A stretch of 64,000 nt of DNA from Candidatus Omnitrophota bacterium (GTDB lineage Bacteria; Omnitrophota; Gorgyraeia; Tantalellales; Tantalellaceae). The stretch's first letter is position 1; the number at the start of each line of letters is the position of its first letter. Location of the stretch: positions 77,368 through 141,367 of the forward strand of contig JAQUQS010000002.1 in NCBI GenBank assembly GCA_028715965.1. Reading direction: 5' to 3'. The notes under the pieces are model-generated. The model saw nothing but the letters and a program-made list of their open reading frames with translations. It was not told where the DNA came from and did no database searches. Below are positions 9,502 through 18,630 of this stretch, piece after piece. The position numbers and the translations under genes were made by a program.

Positions 9502-10398
9502 CTAGATATGCCGGTACCCTTCCATGGCAAGAGGCGAGAAACCGCCCTTATCATCCTTTACGCGCATACCTTCTTTTTTCGCGACCACGCGCCCTATCCT
9601 GAAAACACGGCAATTGCCGTATTTCCCCTTTTTCCCGGCCTCCAGTCTGGCCGCGTCATTTTCGGGCACGGTGAACAGCAGCTCAAAACTTTCCCCGTAA
9701 TACAACGCGTCGGCCAGGTCCAGTCCAGCGGATAACGGTATATCTTTTCCGTCCAGGACCACCCCCACGCCGCTTTCCGCGCATATCCTGCCCATATCCA
9801 TGGCTATTCCGTCGGAGGTATCTATCATGGCGGTCACCCCGCAAACGGATGTTATGGCCCTGGCTTCTTTGACCCGTGGAATAAAGTCAAGATGCGTCCT
9901 CCTGCCGTTCCTGACCGGTCCGGTTATCATCACAACGTCACCTTTACGCGCGCCGGAACGCAAGGTCAATCTTTCTTTTTCCACCTCGCCCAGTATCGAC
10001 ACATCTATAACAAGCCTGCCTGCCCGGTTAGTATCCCCGCCAAGCACGATCACTCCATATTCCTTACACATATCCAGTATACCGTCGTATAAAAGGTCCA
10101 ACGATCGGGCGGTGGTCCCGCGTGGTATCCCCAGGCTAACAAGCACATATTTAGGGATCCCGCCCATTGCCGCTATATCGCTAAGGTTCACCGCTACGGC
10201 CTTCCTGCCGGCCTTTCCGTAACCGCACTCCCTCAAACGGAAGTGCGTACCGTCGACGAGCATGTCCGCCGCCCATAGGATATACTTCCCATCATGTCCC
10301 TCGATCACGGCGCAATCGTCACCGATGCCGGCGCGGATACCGCGAGGCGGCCTGCCCGCGCGGGAACGTATACGCTCTATGAACGCGAGTTCTTTCAT
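9502..10398 (-). CDS. thiL: Thiamine-monophosphate kinase
   Basis: AIR-synthase-related fold, GIGDDCAV N-terminal motif, ThiL-like length. Confidence 0.8.
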   Translation of the reverse strand: MKELAFIERIRSRAGRPPRGIRAGIGDDCAVIEGHDGKYILWAADMLVDGTHFRLRECGYGKAGRKAVAVNLSDIAAMGGIPKYVLVSLGIPRGTTARSLDLLYDGILDMCKEYGVIVLGGDTNRAGRLVIDVSILGEVEKERLTLRSGARKGDVVMITGPVRNGRRTHLDFIPRVKEARAITSVCGVTAMIDTSDGIAMDMGRICAESGVGVVLDGKDIPLSAGLDLADALYYGESFELLFTVPENDAARLEAGKKGKYGNCRVFRIGRVVAKKEGMRVKDDKGGFSPLAMEGYRHI

Positions 10399-11471
10399 GC
10401 TTTACCCGGCTTTTTTTCGCGGCCCGCCGCCAGTGTTCTTTTTATCTTTTCGGCGTCTGGTCTCTTTATCAGGCCCAGTTCCGTTATTATCGCCGTTATA
10501 AGCTTTGCGGGGGTCACATCGAACGACGGATTATGGACATCTATACCCGGAACAGATATATGTTTTCCGCATATTTTCCTCACTTCGTCCGGATGCCGCT
10601 GTTCTATCTTTATCCCCCTGCCGGTCCTTGTGGACAGGTCGAAAGTAGATGCCGGCGCGGCGACATAGAACGGCACTTTATGATAAGCGCAAAGTACCGC
10701 AAGATTATACGTCCCTATCTTGTTGGCCGTATCACCGTTAGCCGCTATCCGGTCGGCGCCGACAATGACCGCGTCTATCTCTCCGGTCGCCATGACGGAC
10801 GCAGCCATATTATCCGTTATAAGCACGGCCGGGATACCGGCACTCGTGAGTTCCCACGCGGTAAGCCGTGCCCCCTGGAGCACCGGACGCGTCTCATCGA
10901 CGTAGACCTTCTTTATCCTGCCCTTGGAGGAATACATCACTCCCAGGGCAGTGCCATATGATGCCGTGGCAAGTCCACCGGCGTTACAATGCGTAAGAAG
11001 CGTTGACCCACGGCGTATAAGGACCGCCCCGTTCCTGCCTAACGCCCGGCAGATCCGGTCATCTTCCCGCAATATATCGTGCGCCTCTTTCAGCAGCATC
11101 TTTTTTATCGTCCCGACCCCGCGGCCGCTGTTCCTGACGGCCACTCGCTCCATACGCTCAAGCGCCCAGAAAAGGTTCCTGGCCGTAGGCCTGGACCCGG
11201 CAAGTTCGGCCACCGCTTTTTTCACATCTTTAAGGAAACCCTCCCCGCTTGACGCCTTACTTCCCCTAACGCCAAGGTATACGCCGTAAGCTCCCGCCAC
11301 ACCTATGGCTGGGGCCCCCCTGACTTTCATCTTCGTTATCGCTTCATATATGTCTTTCAGCGTTCCGCATCTAACATAACGCAATCGAGCGGGCAGAAGC
11401 CTCTGGTCCACCAACTCCACATTCCCGTTCTTCCATCGTATGGTCTCAACACACATCCCTGTCCCCTTCAC
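10395..11471 (-). CDS. mtnA: S-methyl-5-thioribose-1-phosphate isomerase (eIF-2B alpha/beta/delta family)
   Basis: VRGAPAIGVAGAYGVYLG and general MtnA/eIF2B-like features. Overlaps thiL by 4 nt. Confidence 0.7.
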   Translation of the reverse strand: MKGTGMCVETIRWKNGNVELVDQRLLPARLRYVRCGTLKDIYEAITKMKVRGAPAIGVAGAYGVYLGVRGSKASSGEGFLKDVKKAVAELAGSRPTARNLFWALERMERVAVRNSGRGVGTIKKMLLKEAHDILREDDRICRALGRNGAVLIRRGSTLLTHCNAGGLATASYGTALGVMYSSKGRIKKVYVDETRPVLQGARLTAWELTSAGIPAVLITDNMAASVMATGEIDAVIVGADRIAANGDTANKIGTYNLAVLCAYHKVPFYVAAPASTFDLSTRTGRGIKIEQRHPDEVRKICGKHISVPGIDVHNPSFDVTPAKLITAIITELGLIKRPDAEKIKRTLAAGREKKPGKA

Positions 11472-11483
11472 TTCCCCCCCTCG

Positions 11484-12581
11484 TCACACTCCAAGGCTCC
11501 TGACCACGAACACCAGAAGCAGCATCACCAGGTTATGCGTAATATGCACGGTTATCGACGGTATGATGGATCCTGTCCTCTCATACAGGTATGACAATAG
11601 CATACCCAGGGCCAGTATGGGCAACAGCCCCACGAGGTGCGCGTGTAATACCGAAAATATCGACGCCGTGACCAGCATCGACGGCAACATACCGAACCTG
11701 TTCCTCAAGGCGCTGTACATGAACCCCCGGAAGAACACCTCTTCCGCCACCGGGCCGAACACAGCCGCGAAGACCACCGTGAACCAGAGGATGTAATCGG
11801 CCTTCTCCTCCAGGAAAAGCTCTACAATGGGCTGTACCGGCGGCTGGTATCCGGTGATCTTCACCACAACATAAGTTATCATGATCACGACAACAAGTAC
11901 CGGCAGCAAAGCGACATACCCTGCCAGCCCGTACATCACGGAAACGAACCCATGGCCCGGGGATAACCCGATGGAATCCATCGCCTGGCCGTATTTCTTC
12001 CGGATAAAACAATATATGACACCTATCCCGATGATGTTCATGGCGAAGGTATCGAACACCATGCGGAAGTTCTCGTTGGCCAGTACCGGCAGCCATCTCG
12101 ACAAAAAGCCCAGAAGGATCACTATGGCATATCCCGACGACAGGAATATAAGACCTACCCGCAGGATATCCGATATAGCCCATTTCGCGCGGGGCCTTCC
12201 CATGATCTCGATGTCGACCGCCTCGCCCCTGGCCTTCCTGGACAATAAATAGACATCAAGAACAACACCTATGAGTATTATCACCATTATTAAGAGGTTG
12301 AGACTGGCGATGAACAGGAAAAGATGCGGGTTATCCCCCGCCAGCGTTTCCAGTTTCCGCTGTCTTTCCTCAACTTCCGCGTCGTCGAAGATACCCTTCT
12401 GCCGGGTGGACGACACATCAGCCCCTTCGCTTTCCGCGGGAGCATAAGCCTCTTCAGCCGTCGCGGCCGGGCCCTGCCGGTCCTTTCCCAAAAAGACCAG
12501 GATATTGACGGAAAGTATGAACAGGACAAGCAGCACATAGATCCTGTTCTTTCTTATGGCCTCGATCATGCGGGGCATCAT
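11484..12581 (-). CDS. CPBP (CAAX protease / Abi) family intramembrane glutamic metalloprotease
   Basis: Polytopic membrane protein with the EEVFFRGF ... FSVLHA ... HITHN motif set of the CPBP family. Confidence 0.7.
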   Translation of the reverse strand: MMPRMIEAIRKNRIYVLLVLFILSVNILVFLGKDRQGPAATAEEAYAPAESEGADVSSTRQKGIFDDAEVEERQRKLETLAGDNPHLFLFIASLNLLIMVIILIGVVLDVYLLSRKARGEAVDIEIMGRPRAKWAISDILRVGLIFLSSGYAIVILLGFLSRWLPVLANENFRMVFDTFAMNIIGIGVIYCFIRKKYGQAMDSIGLSPGHGFVSVMYGLAGYVALLPVLVVVIMITYVVVKITGYQPPVQPIVELFLEEKADYILWFTVVFAAVFGPVAEEVFFRGFMYSALRNRFGMLPSMLVTASIFSVLHAHLVGLLPILALGMLLSYLYERTGSIIPSITVHITHNLVMLLLVFVVRSLGV

Positions 12582-12582
12582 G

Positions 12583-13959
12583 TCATCCTACTACGTTCAT
12601 TCTTCTCAATCTGAATCTCGCGCCATGTTCCCCGGCTATACGCCGGCAGGCGCCCACCTCTTCCTCACTTATCACATCCACGCACGTAAGCTCCACTTCC
12701 AGGCCTTCGGCCAGGCATTCGTCCGCGAATTCCAGAATGGCCCGGTATGTCCCATCCCCAAAAACAGGTTCGCACAACTTCACGTATGTTCCGGCATCGG
12801 GCGCGTTAAGGCTTATGGACACCGAGTCCACCAGGCCCTTGAGTTCCGGGGCTATCTTCCTTGAATTTATCAGGTCTCCCTCCCCGTTGGTGTTCAGCCT
12901 TACCTTCTTGCCTTTTTTCTTTATCTCCGCGGCCACATCCTTGATCACATCCAGCCTCAAAGTAGGCTCGCCGTACCCGCAAAAAACTATCTCATCGTAC
13001 CCGGAAATATCACCCATGGCGCTTATCACCTCTTCCGCGGGCGGTTCCGACGGAAGAGCGAGCTTGTGCCCTTTTACATAATCGGAATACTGCCGGGTGC
13101 AGAACGAACACCGGTTAGTACACCGGTTCGTTATGTTCAGGTAAAGGGATCCTCTTATTGGATAGGCTATGGAAAAACTCTCCTCCAGGCCAAGTCCGAA
13201 CAAGCTGTTGGCGTTATGCGATGTTATCCTGGCCATATCAAAGGCGGTATGTCCGTATATTTCGGCATATACGTCGACAAGATACCTGACGTTCGCGGGT
13301 TCGTTCCTCTTTCCCCTGTGCGGGACTGGAGTGATATACGGCGCGTCCGTTTCCAGTAAAAGCCTGTCCATGGGGACCACTTCTATGGCCTCGCGTGCCC
13401 CTCCATTTCCCGGGAACGTTATATACCCCGCGAAAGAGACATGTAGCCCGAGGGAAAGAAATCCCCTGAGGACATCGATCTCCTCCGAAAAGCAATGCAC
13501 TACCCCGCCGGCGGCCGGCATCCCCTCAGACCTCACCATCTCCAGCAGTTCCCTCCCGGCGGCACGACTGTGCAGTATCACGGGCCTTTCATACTCCCTG
13601 GCCAGGTCAAGACACTCTGACAGAAGCTTCCTCTGGGCTTCCGGCGACGAATAGTGCCTGTAGTTATCCAGGCCTATCTCTCCTATCGCCACTATCTTGG
13701 CCTTATTGCCCAGGAGTTCACGCAGGCCGGATATATCATTCGCGGTATATTTGTCCGCGTCATGCGGGTGTATCCCGACCGCGCAGTATATATCGTCGTG
13801 CTCAGAGGCAAGCTTGACGGCCTTCCTCGAGCTTTCAAGGTTTATTCCCGGGACCACCATCCTTACCACTCCGGATCCAGCCGCTCTCGCGATAACGGCT
13901 TCCAGGTCGTCCTTGTATTCGGGAAGGTCAAGATGGCAATGCGTATCAACCAGTCTCAT
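12583..13959 (-). CDS. Fusion protein: TatD-family metal-dependent hydrolase (N-terminal) plus radical SAM domain (C-terminal)
   Basis: The N-terminal part begins MRLVDTHCHLD (TatD signature), with further HxH/E/D metal ligands up to about residue 260. The C-terminal part has LYLNITNRCTNRCSFCTRQ (a CxxxCxxC radical SAM cluster). The start was moved to the ATG at 13957-13959, which overlaps the upstream stop as ATGA. The ORF-track GTG extension to 14163 overlaps the upstream gene. Confidence 0.75.
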   Translation of the reverse strand: MRLVDTHCHLDLPEYKDDLEAVIARAAGSGVVRMVVPGINLESSRKAVKLASEHDDIYCAVGIHPHDADKYTANDISGLRELLGNKAKIVAIGEIGLDNYRHYSSPEAQRKLLSECLDLAREYERPVILHSRAAGRELLEMVRSEGMPAAGGVVHCFSEEIDVLRGFLSLGLHVSFAGYITFPGNGGAREAIEVVPMDRLLLETDAPYITPVPHRGKRNEPANVRYLVDVYAEIYGHTAFDMARITSHNANSLFGLGLEESFSIAYPIRGSLYLNITNRCTNRCSFCTRQYSDYVKGHKLALPSEPPAEEVISAMGDISGYDEIVFCGYGEPTLRLDVIKDVAAEIKKKGKKVRLNTNGEGDLINSRKIAPELKGLVDSVSISLNAPDAGTYVKLCEPVFGDGTYRAILEFADECLAEGLEVELTCVDVISEEEVGACRRIAGEHGARFRLRRMNVVG

Positions 13960-14285
13960 CTTATCATGCGGCCACCGCCGAATTTCACCCCTTCCTTCAG
14001 TAAAAGTTCTTTCTTTCGGGCCACGCCGGACGCGTACCCCCCTATACAGCCGTCGGACCTTATCACCCTGTGGCACGGTACCATGGGAGCGTACGGGTTC
14101 GCCGAAAGCGCCCCCCCTACGGCCCGCGTGGCCTTGGGCGATCCTATCCTGCGAGCCACCCACGAATAGGACCGGACCTCCCCGGCCGGTATGTCCATGA
14201 TAGCCGTAAGCACTTTTTTCTGGAATCCGGTAAGGTAGTTATTATTCTTTATTTTGGCTATATATCCGGTACGACCGTGCGCCAT
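13956..14285 (-). CDS. O6-alkylguanine-DNA alkyltransferase, single C-terminal-domain type (MGMT/Ogt family)
   Basis: IPAGEVRSYSWVARRIGSPKATRAVGGALSANPYAPMVPCHRVIRSDGCIGGY carries the PCHRV active-site cysteine motif. The start was taken at MAHGRTG (ATG 14283-14285). It is translationally coupled (ATGA) to the TatD-radical SAM gene. Confidence 0.75.
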   Translation of the reverse strand: MAHGRTGYIAKIKNNNYLTGFQKKVLTAIMDIPAGEVRSYSWVARRIGSPKATRAVGGALSANPYAPMVPCHRVIRSDGCIGGYASGVARKKELLLKEGVKFGGGRMIR

Positions 14286-14290
14286 GGGTT

Positions 14291-15859
14291 TTATTTTATC
14301 CTCATAAAAAGCGGTTCGCCTTTCGCGACCTTGACACCCGCCAGCTTGTCCGGTTCCCACTTATCGTATACGGACGGTGAGATATCAGCTTTTATGTCGT
14401 CCCCCGCGCCAAGCTGCCGCCACATCTTATCCGCGGTTGCCGGCATGAAAGGCGCGATAGCTATGGCGGTCACGCGAAGCGCCTCCACAAGGTCCGCCAT
14501 TATAAGTTTTATGGCCTCCATATTTCCCTGTTTGGAATAGTTCCACGGCGCGGACGCCTCGATATATTTATTAGCGCGTCCCACTACGGTCTGCATGACC
14601 GTTTCCAGCGCTTCCTGGAGAAGCAGGTCACGCGACAGCATTTTCCCTTTCACGAGCGGTAATATCCCCTTTATCCCGGACCTTAGCTCATTGCTGCGCG
14701 CGAGTTGCGCGGGGTCACCCGGGTCCCGTGGCGCCGCCGGCACTACACCGTCGAAATATTTCTCGACCATGGTAAGAGTACGGTTAAGGAGGTTCCCCAG
14801 GTCATTGGCCAGGTCACTGTTGTACGTGGCAATGAACGCGTCCTCACTGAAAGACCCGTCCATACCCAGTTTCACGGCCTTTATCAGGAAATACCTCAAT
14901 GGGTCCACACCGTATTTCTCGATGAACGCGAGCGGATCGACCACATTGCCTTTGGACTTTGACATTTTGTCGGCGCCCATTTTCCACCATCCATGCGCGA
15001 ACACGGTCTTCGGCAGCTCAAGCCCCATAGCCTTCAACATTATCGGCCAATACACAGCATGGTGGCGAATTATGTCCTTCGCGATCAGATGGAAGTTCGC
15101 GGGCCAGAACCTCTCCCGCTCCCTGCCCGAGGCGCCTATCCCCGATACATAGTTGAGCAGGGCATCGAACCACACATACACCACGTATCCCTTATCGAAA
15201 GGAAGTTCTATCCCCCAGGACATGCGTTCCTTGGGACGGGATATGCAAAGATCCGTTAATTCCTCCCTCAGGAAACCCAGGACCTCGTTCCTGCGGAATT
15301 CCGGCATTATGAATGTCGGGTGCTCATTTATATATTCCAAGAGCCATTCACGGTATTTGCCCATCTTGAAAAAATAATTCTTTTCTTTTATCCTGCCCAG
15401 CGGCCTATTGCATTCGGGGCATACGCCGTTCTCGGCCTGTGTATCGGTCCAGAACGTCTCACACGGCGTACAGAACCATCCGTCATACTCGCCTTCCTCT
15501 ATCTCCCCTTTGTCCCACAATCCCTGGAGCATGTCCTGCACGAGTTTCCCGTGACCCGGATCCGTGGTACGGATAAAATAGTCATTACTTACGTTCAATG
15601 ACCCCCACGCCTCCCGGAACTTCACGACTATGGAATCCACGAATTCTTTCTCATGGCCCTTTTCCCCGTATTTCGCCAGGCTTACTTCCTCTATTTTCTC
15701 ACCATACTCATCCGTACCCGTCAGGAAGAATACATCCTCTCCGAGTATCCTGTGGAACCGGGCCAGGGTATCGGCCACTACCTGGGTATAAGCGTGCCCT
15801 ATATGCGGTTTCGCGTTAACATAATAGATCGGTGTAGTCACATAAAAAGTGCCGGACAT
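14291..15859 (-). CDS. metG: Methionyl-tRNA synthetase
   Basis: Class I HIGH motif (PHIGHAYT), KMSKS (KMSKSKGN) and zinc-knuckle cysteines. Confidence 0.9.
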   Translation of the reverse strand: MSGTFYVTTPIYYVNAKPHIGHAYTQVVADTLARFHRILGEDVFFLTGTDEYGEKIEEVSLAKYGEKGHEKEFVDSIVVKFREAWGSLNVSNDYFIRTTDPGHGKLVQDMLQGLWDKGEIEEGEYDGWFCTPCETFWTDTQAENGVCPECNRPLGRIKEKNYFFKMGKYREWLLEYINEHPTFIMPEFRRNEVLGFLREELTDLCISRPKERMSWGIELPFDKGYVVYVWFDALLNYVSGIGASGRERERFWPANFHLIAKDIIRHHAVYWPIMLKAMGLELPKTVFAHGWWKMGADKMSKSKGNVVDPLAFIEKYGVDPLRYFLIKAVKLGMDGSFSEDAFIATYNSDLANDLGNLLNRTLTMVEKYFDGVVPAAPRDPGDPAQLARSNELRSGIKGILPLVKGKMLSRDLLLQEALETVMQTVVGRANKYIEASAPWNYSKQGNMEAIKLIMADLVEALRVTAIAIAPFMPATADKMWRQLGAGDDIKADISPSVYDKWEPDKLAGVKVAKGEPLFMRIK

Positions 15860-15860
15860 T

Positions 15861-16829
15861 TTACTTCCCTTCTCCTTTTCTTTCCCTGCGAGAGTTCCTA
15901 TCCCTTTTTCCTTTGTTCTCTTTCTCTCCGGCAGTGGTGTTCCTGTCCCTTTTTCCTTTGTTCTCTTTCTCTCCTGCGGGGGCGTTCCTGTCTTTTTCTC
16001 TTTCCCTTTTCACCTGGTCAGCCCTGACATCGCGTATGATACCGTTCTCAAGCGATACGGTAACGGACCGCTGGAGCGGATTGACCGTTATCACCTTCCC
16101 TCTCCCGAACTCCGTATCTACTTCTTTTCCCGCCTTGGGCAGCCCCTTGGCGCACTCCTTATAGCACTCATGCTCATACGCCAGGCAACACATCAGCCTG
16201 CCGCAGAGACCGGATATCTTGGACGGGTTAAGCGGCAGGTTCTGTACTTTCGCCATCCTTATGGTCACCGGCTCAAAATCCTTCAGGAAGGATTTGCAGC
16301 ACAACTCCCGTCCACACGGCCCGCACCCACCCAGCATACGGGCTTCATCCCTCACGCCTATCTGTTTGAGCTCTATGCGCACCCGGAAAATACTCGCCAG
16401 GTTCTTCACGAGCTCCCTGAAATCCACCCTGCTTTCCGAAGTGAAATAAAAAATTATCTTGGACCTGTCGAATGAATATTCCGCGCCGACCAGCTTCATG
16501 GGCAGATTATGCTCACGTATCTTGTTCTCGCATATGTTCAAAAGGTCCTTGGTCTTTTCCCTGTTCTTGGCGATCTGTTCCTCATCCCACGGATTGGCCT
16601 TGCGTATGACCTTGCGTAACGGTTGCTCGAGCGACGAGATATCCTCGACGTTCTCATTGGGACAAACTATCTCGCCGTAATCCAGGCCACGATCCGCCTC
16701 TACTATCACCCGGTCCCCCGATTCGAACTTCATACCGTTAGAGATAAAGACCTTGATCTCACCGGCTTCCCTTAACTGTACCTGTACTATATCATGCATC
16801 AGTAAATCCTCCCGAAGATGAAGCTCCAC
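15861..16829 (-). CDS. ricT: PSP1-domain protein RicT/YaaT-like
   Basis: PSP1 C-terminal domain with a conserved Cys cluster (GGCGPCGRELCCKSF...CGRLMCCL). It lies between holB and metG, as in Bacillus. The start is a GTG. The C-terminal tail carries a charged tandem repeat. Confidence 0.75.
   Translation of the reverse strand: MELHLREDLLMHDIVQVQLREAGEIKVFISNGMKFESGDRVIVEADRGLDYGEIVCPNENVEDISSLEQPLRKVIRKANPWDEEQIAKNREKTKDLLNICENKIREHNLPMKLVGAEYSFDRSKIIFYFTSESRVDFRELVKNLASIFRVRIELKQIGVRDEARMLGGCGPCGRELCCKSFLKDFEPVTIRMAKVQNLPLNPSKISGLCGRLMCCLAYEHECYKECAKGLPKAGKEVDTEFGRGKVITVNPLQRSVTVSLENGIIRDVRADQVKREREKDRNAPAGEKENKGKRDRNTTAGEKENKGKRDRNSRRERKGEGK
15894..16010 (-). repeat. 45-bp tandem repeat (about 2.5 copies) at the 3' end of ricT, encoding AGEKENKGKRDRN x2
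   Basis: The plus-strand unit gttcct[a/g]tccctttttcctttgttctctttctctcc... recurs at 15894, 15939 and 15984 with period 45. Confidence 0.75.
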
Positions 16830-17030
16830 GTGTATACCCGTGGCTCCTAAATTATCCTCTTTCGCCTACTCTCTGTATACTATCCAGCTACGGAGGATCA
16901 TCCGCCGTTCCAACTTATAGCGAGATCCGCCGAAGCAATAGTCTCGCGAAGGCGGATAAACACCGTACGGCCTTTTCCATAGACCGTCGGTCGGTTATCG
17001 ATCTGTCCATCACTGGCCCGAAGGCCGATA

Positions 17031-18011
17031 TTACCCCTTCACCATACCCGGCAAGACCTGTGCCGCTATTTTCGGGTTGGCGTTCCCCATAAGGGCCCTG
17101 CGCACATTTACAAGACGTGCCATAAGAGCGTAAAGCTTGTCGGGCGAACTTTTCCCGAACATGGACATGAGTTCCCCGGCTGAAAGAGCTGTATCGGTCA
17201 TCCTGCTCTCCGCGCCGCTGACGACAAGTGCCGTATCCCTGACAAGCATGAGGACAAGCTCGATGTCTTCCGCCATCTGGAGCTTGTCCTCGACATCCCA
17301 ATTCATGCACCAGACGTTCTCTCCGGCCGCTATATCCTTAAGCAGTCTCATGACATCTTCCCGCCTCGCGACCACTCCCGTACGCGCTATTTCCAGGGCT
17401 TTTCCGGGCGACCCCTGGGAAAACCCGGCGAGAAAGGACAATTCACTTTCCCCTGTACCGTCAAGCTTGGAAGATATCACTTCTTTCGCGACGGGAATAG
17501 GCAGAGAGAAGAACCTTACCTCGCTGCACCTGGATACTACCGTGCGAGGCAATAGTTCCTTCTTATCCGTTATCAGGATAAGCATCGACCCGCCCGGCGG
17601 TTCCTCCAGTATCTTCAGCAGGGCATTAGCCGCGGATACCGTCAAAAGATGGGCGTCCTCTATCACACACACACTGGAGACGGCTTCAAAAGGCTTGAGA
17701 TTGAGCTTTTCCCGCGCCTGGCGTACCTCTTCTATCTTTATGGCTTTACCTTTTTCCGGCTTGATCCACAATACATCCGGATGTTCAAGCGCCTCTACAC
17801 GCCTGCATGTCGGGCATACGTCACAAGCTCTAGCCTCTTCAGGCTTTCCCGGGCACATTATCGCCCTGATAAAAGCCCTTGCGCATGAGGATCTTCCCAC
17901 GCCATCCGGTCCGGTAAAAAGATAGCTTGATGAGACCCGTCCCGCCGCGAGGCATCTGGTTAGGTATTTTATGGCGTTAGTCTGTCCCTTTATATCCGCG
18001 AATGACAGCAT
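17031..18011 (-). CDS. holB: DNA polymerase III delta-prime subunit
   Basis: AAA+ clamp-loader fold, zinc module CDVCPTCRR, SRC motif (TVVSRCSEVRF). Confidence 0.8.
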   Translation of the reverse strand: MLSFADIKGQTNAIKYLTRCLAAGRVSSSYLFTGPDGVGRSSCARAFIRAIMCPGKPEEARACDVCPTCRRVEALEHPDVLWIKPEKGKAIKIEEVRQAREKLNLKPFEAVSSVCVIEDAHLLTVSAANALLKILEEPPGGSMLILITDKKELLPRTVVSRCSEVRFFSLPIPVAKEVISSKLDGTGESELSFLAGFSQGSPGKALEIARTGVVARREDVMRLLKDIAAGENVWCMNWDVEDKLQMAEDIELVLMLVRDTALVVSGAESRMTDTALSAGELMSMFGKSSPDKLYALMARLVNVRRALMGNANPKIAAQVLPGMVKG

Positions 18012-18630
18012 ATACTTCTTCCCTGACCTTCCGGTAAATATCTTCTATATCACCTGAGGCATCCACGACCTTTATCCTTTCCCTGTTACGGGATGCTATT
18101 TCAAGATACCCCGTTCTTACTTTCTCGTGGAATTCCAGGCTCCTTTTCTCCACCCTGTCAGCCGACCTAGTGTTCGAGGCCCTCCTCAGGCCGGTCGCCA
18201 CTTCTATATCAAGTATGACCGTAAGGTCAGGGATCATCCCGCCCGTAGCCGCCAGGTCTATCGTACTGATAAGGTCCCTGGACATACCCAACCCGTATCC
18301 CTGGTAGGCCATGGTAGCAGTATTGAACCTGTCGCAAAGCACTATCCTGCCGGCCTTGATCGCCGGTCCTATCACCTCGATAACATGTTGCGCTCGGTCG
18401 GCCTCAAAAAGAAAGAGTTCCGACTCGGGAGAAAGCGCCACCTCGTCCTTCATAAGGAGTATTTCCCTTATCTTTCCACCCAGGCCGGTACTCCCGGGCT
18501 CCGCGGTGTGTACAACGTCGTATCCGTCAGAGACAAGCTCCTCGGCAAGACGACAGGAATGTGTACTTTTTCCGCTGCCTTCCGGCCCCTCAAATGTTAT
18601 AAAAACGCCTTTTTTCATTTTTTTCTCCAT
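17977..18630 (-). CDS. tmk: Thymidylate kinase
   Basis: P-loop FITFEGPEGSGKST plus DRF/lid region. The likely start is at MKKGVF. Confidence 0.85.
   Translation of the reverse strand: MEKKMKKGVFITFEGPEGSGKSTHSCRLAEELVSDGYDVVHTAEPGSTGLGGKIREILLMKDEVALSPESELFLFEADRAQHVIEVIGPAIKAGRIVLCDRFNTATMAYQGYGLGMSRDLISTIDLAATGGMIPDLTVILDIEVATGLRRASNTRSADRVEKRSLEFHEKVRTGYLEIASRNRERIKVVDASGDIEDIYRKVREEVYAVIRGYKGTD

Noticed and set aside
13960-14163. 68-codon N-terminal extension of the TatD-radical SAM ORF starting at a GTG
   Set aside because: The extension overlaps the upstream MGMT gene in another frame. The conserved TatD N-terminus MRLVDTHCHLD starts at an ATG that forms an ATGA junction with the MGMT stop.
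15894-16010. CRISPR-like repeat
   Set aside because: It is a contiguous in-frame tandem repeat inside a coding region with no spacers, so it is not a CRISPR array. The hexanucleotide tract at 1917-1955 is likewise not a CRISPR array.
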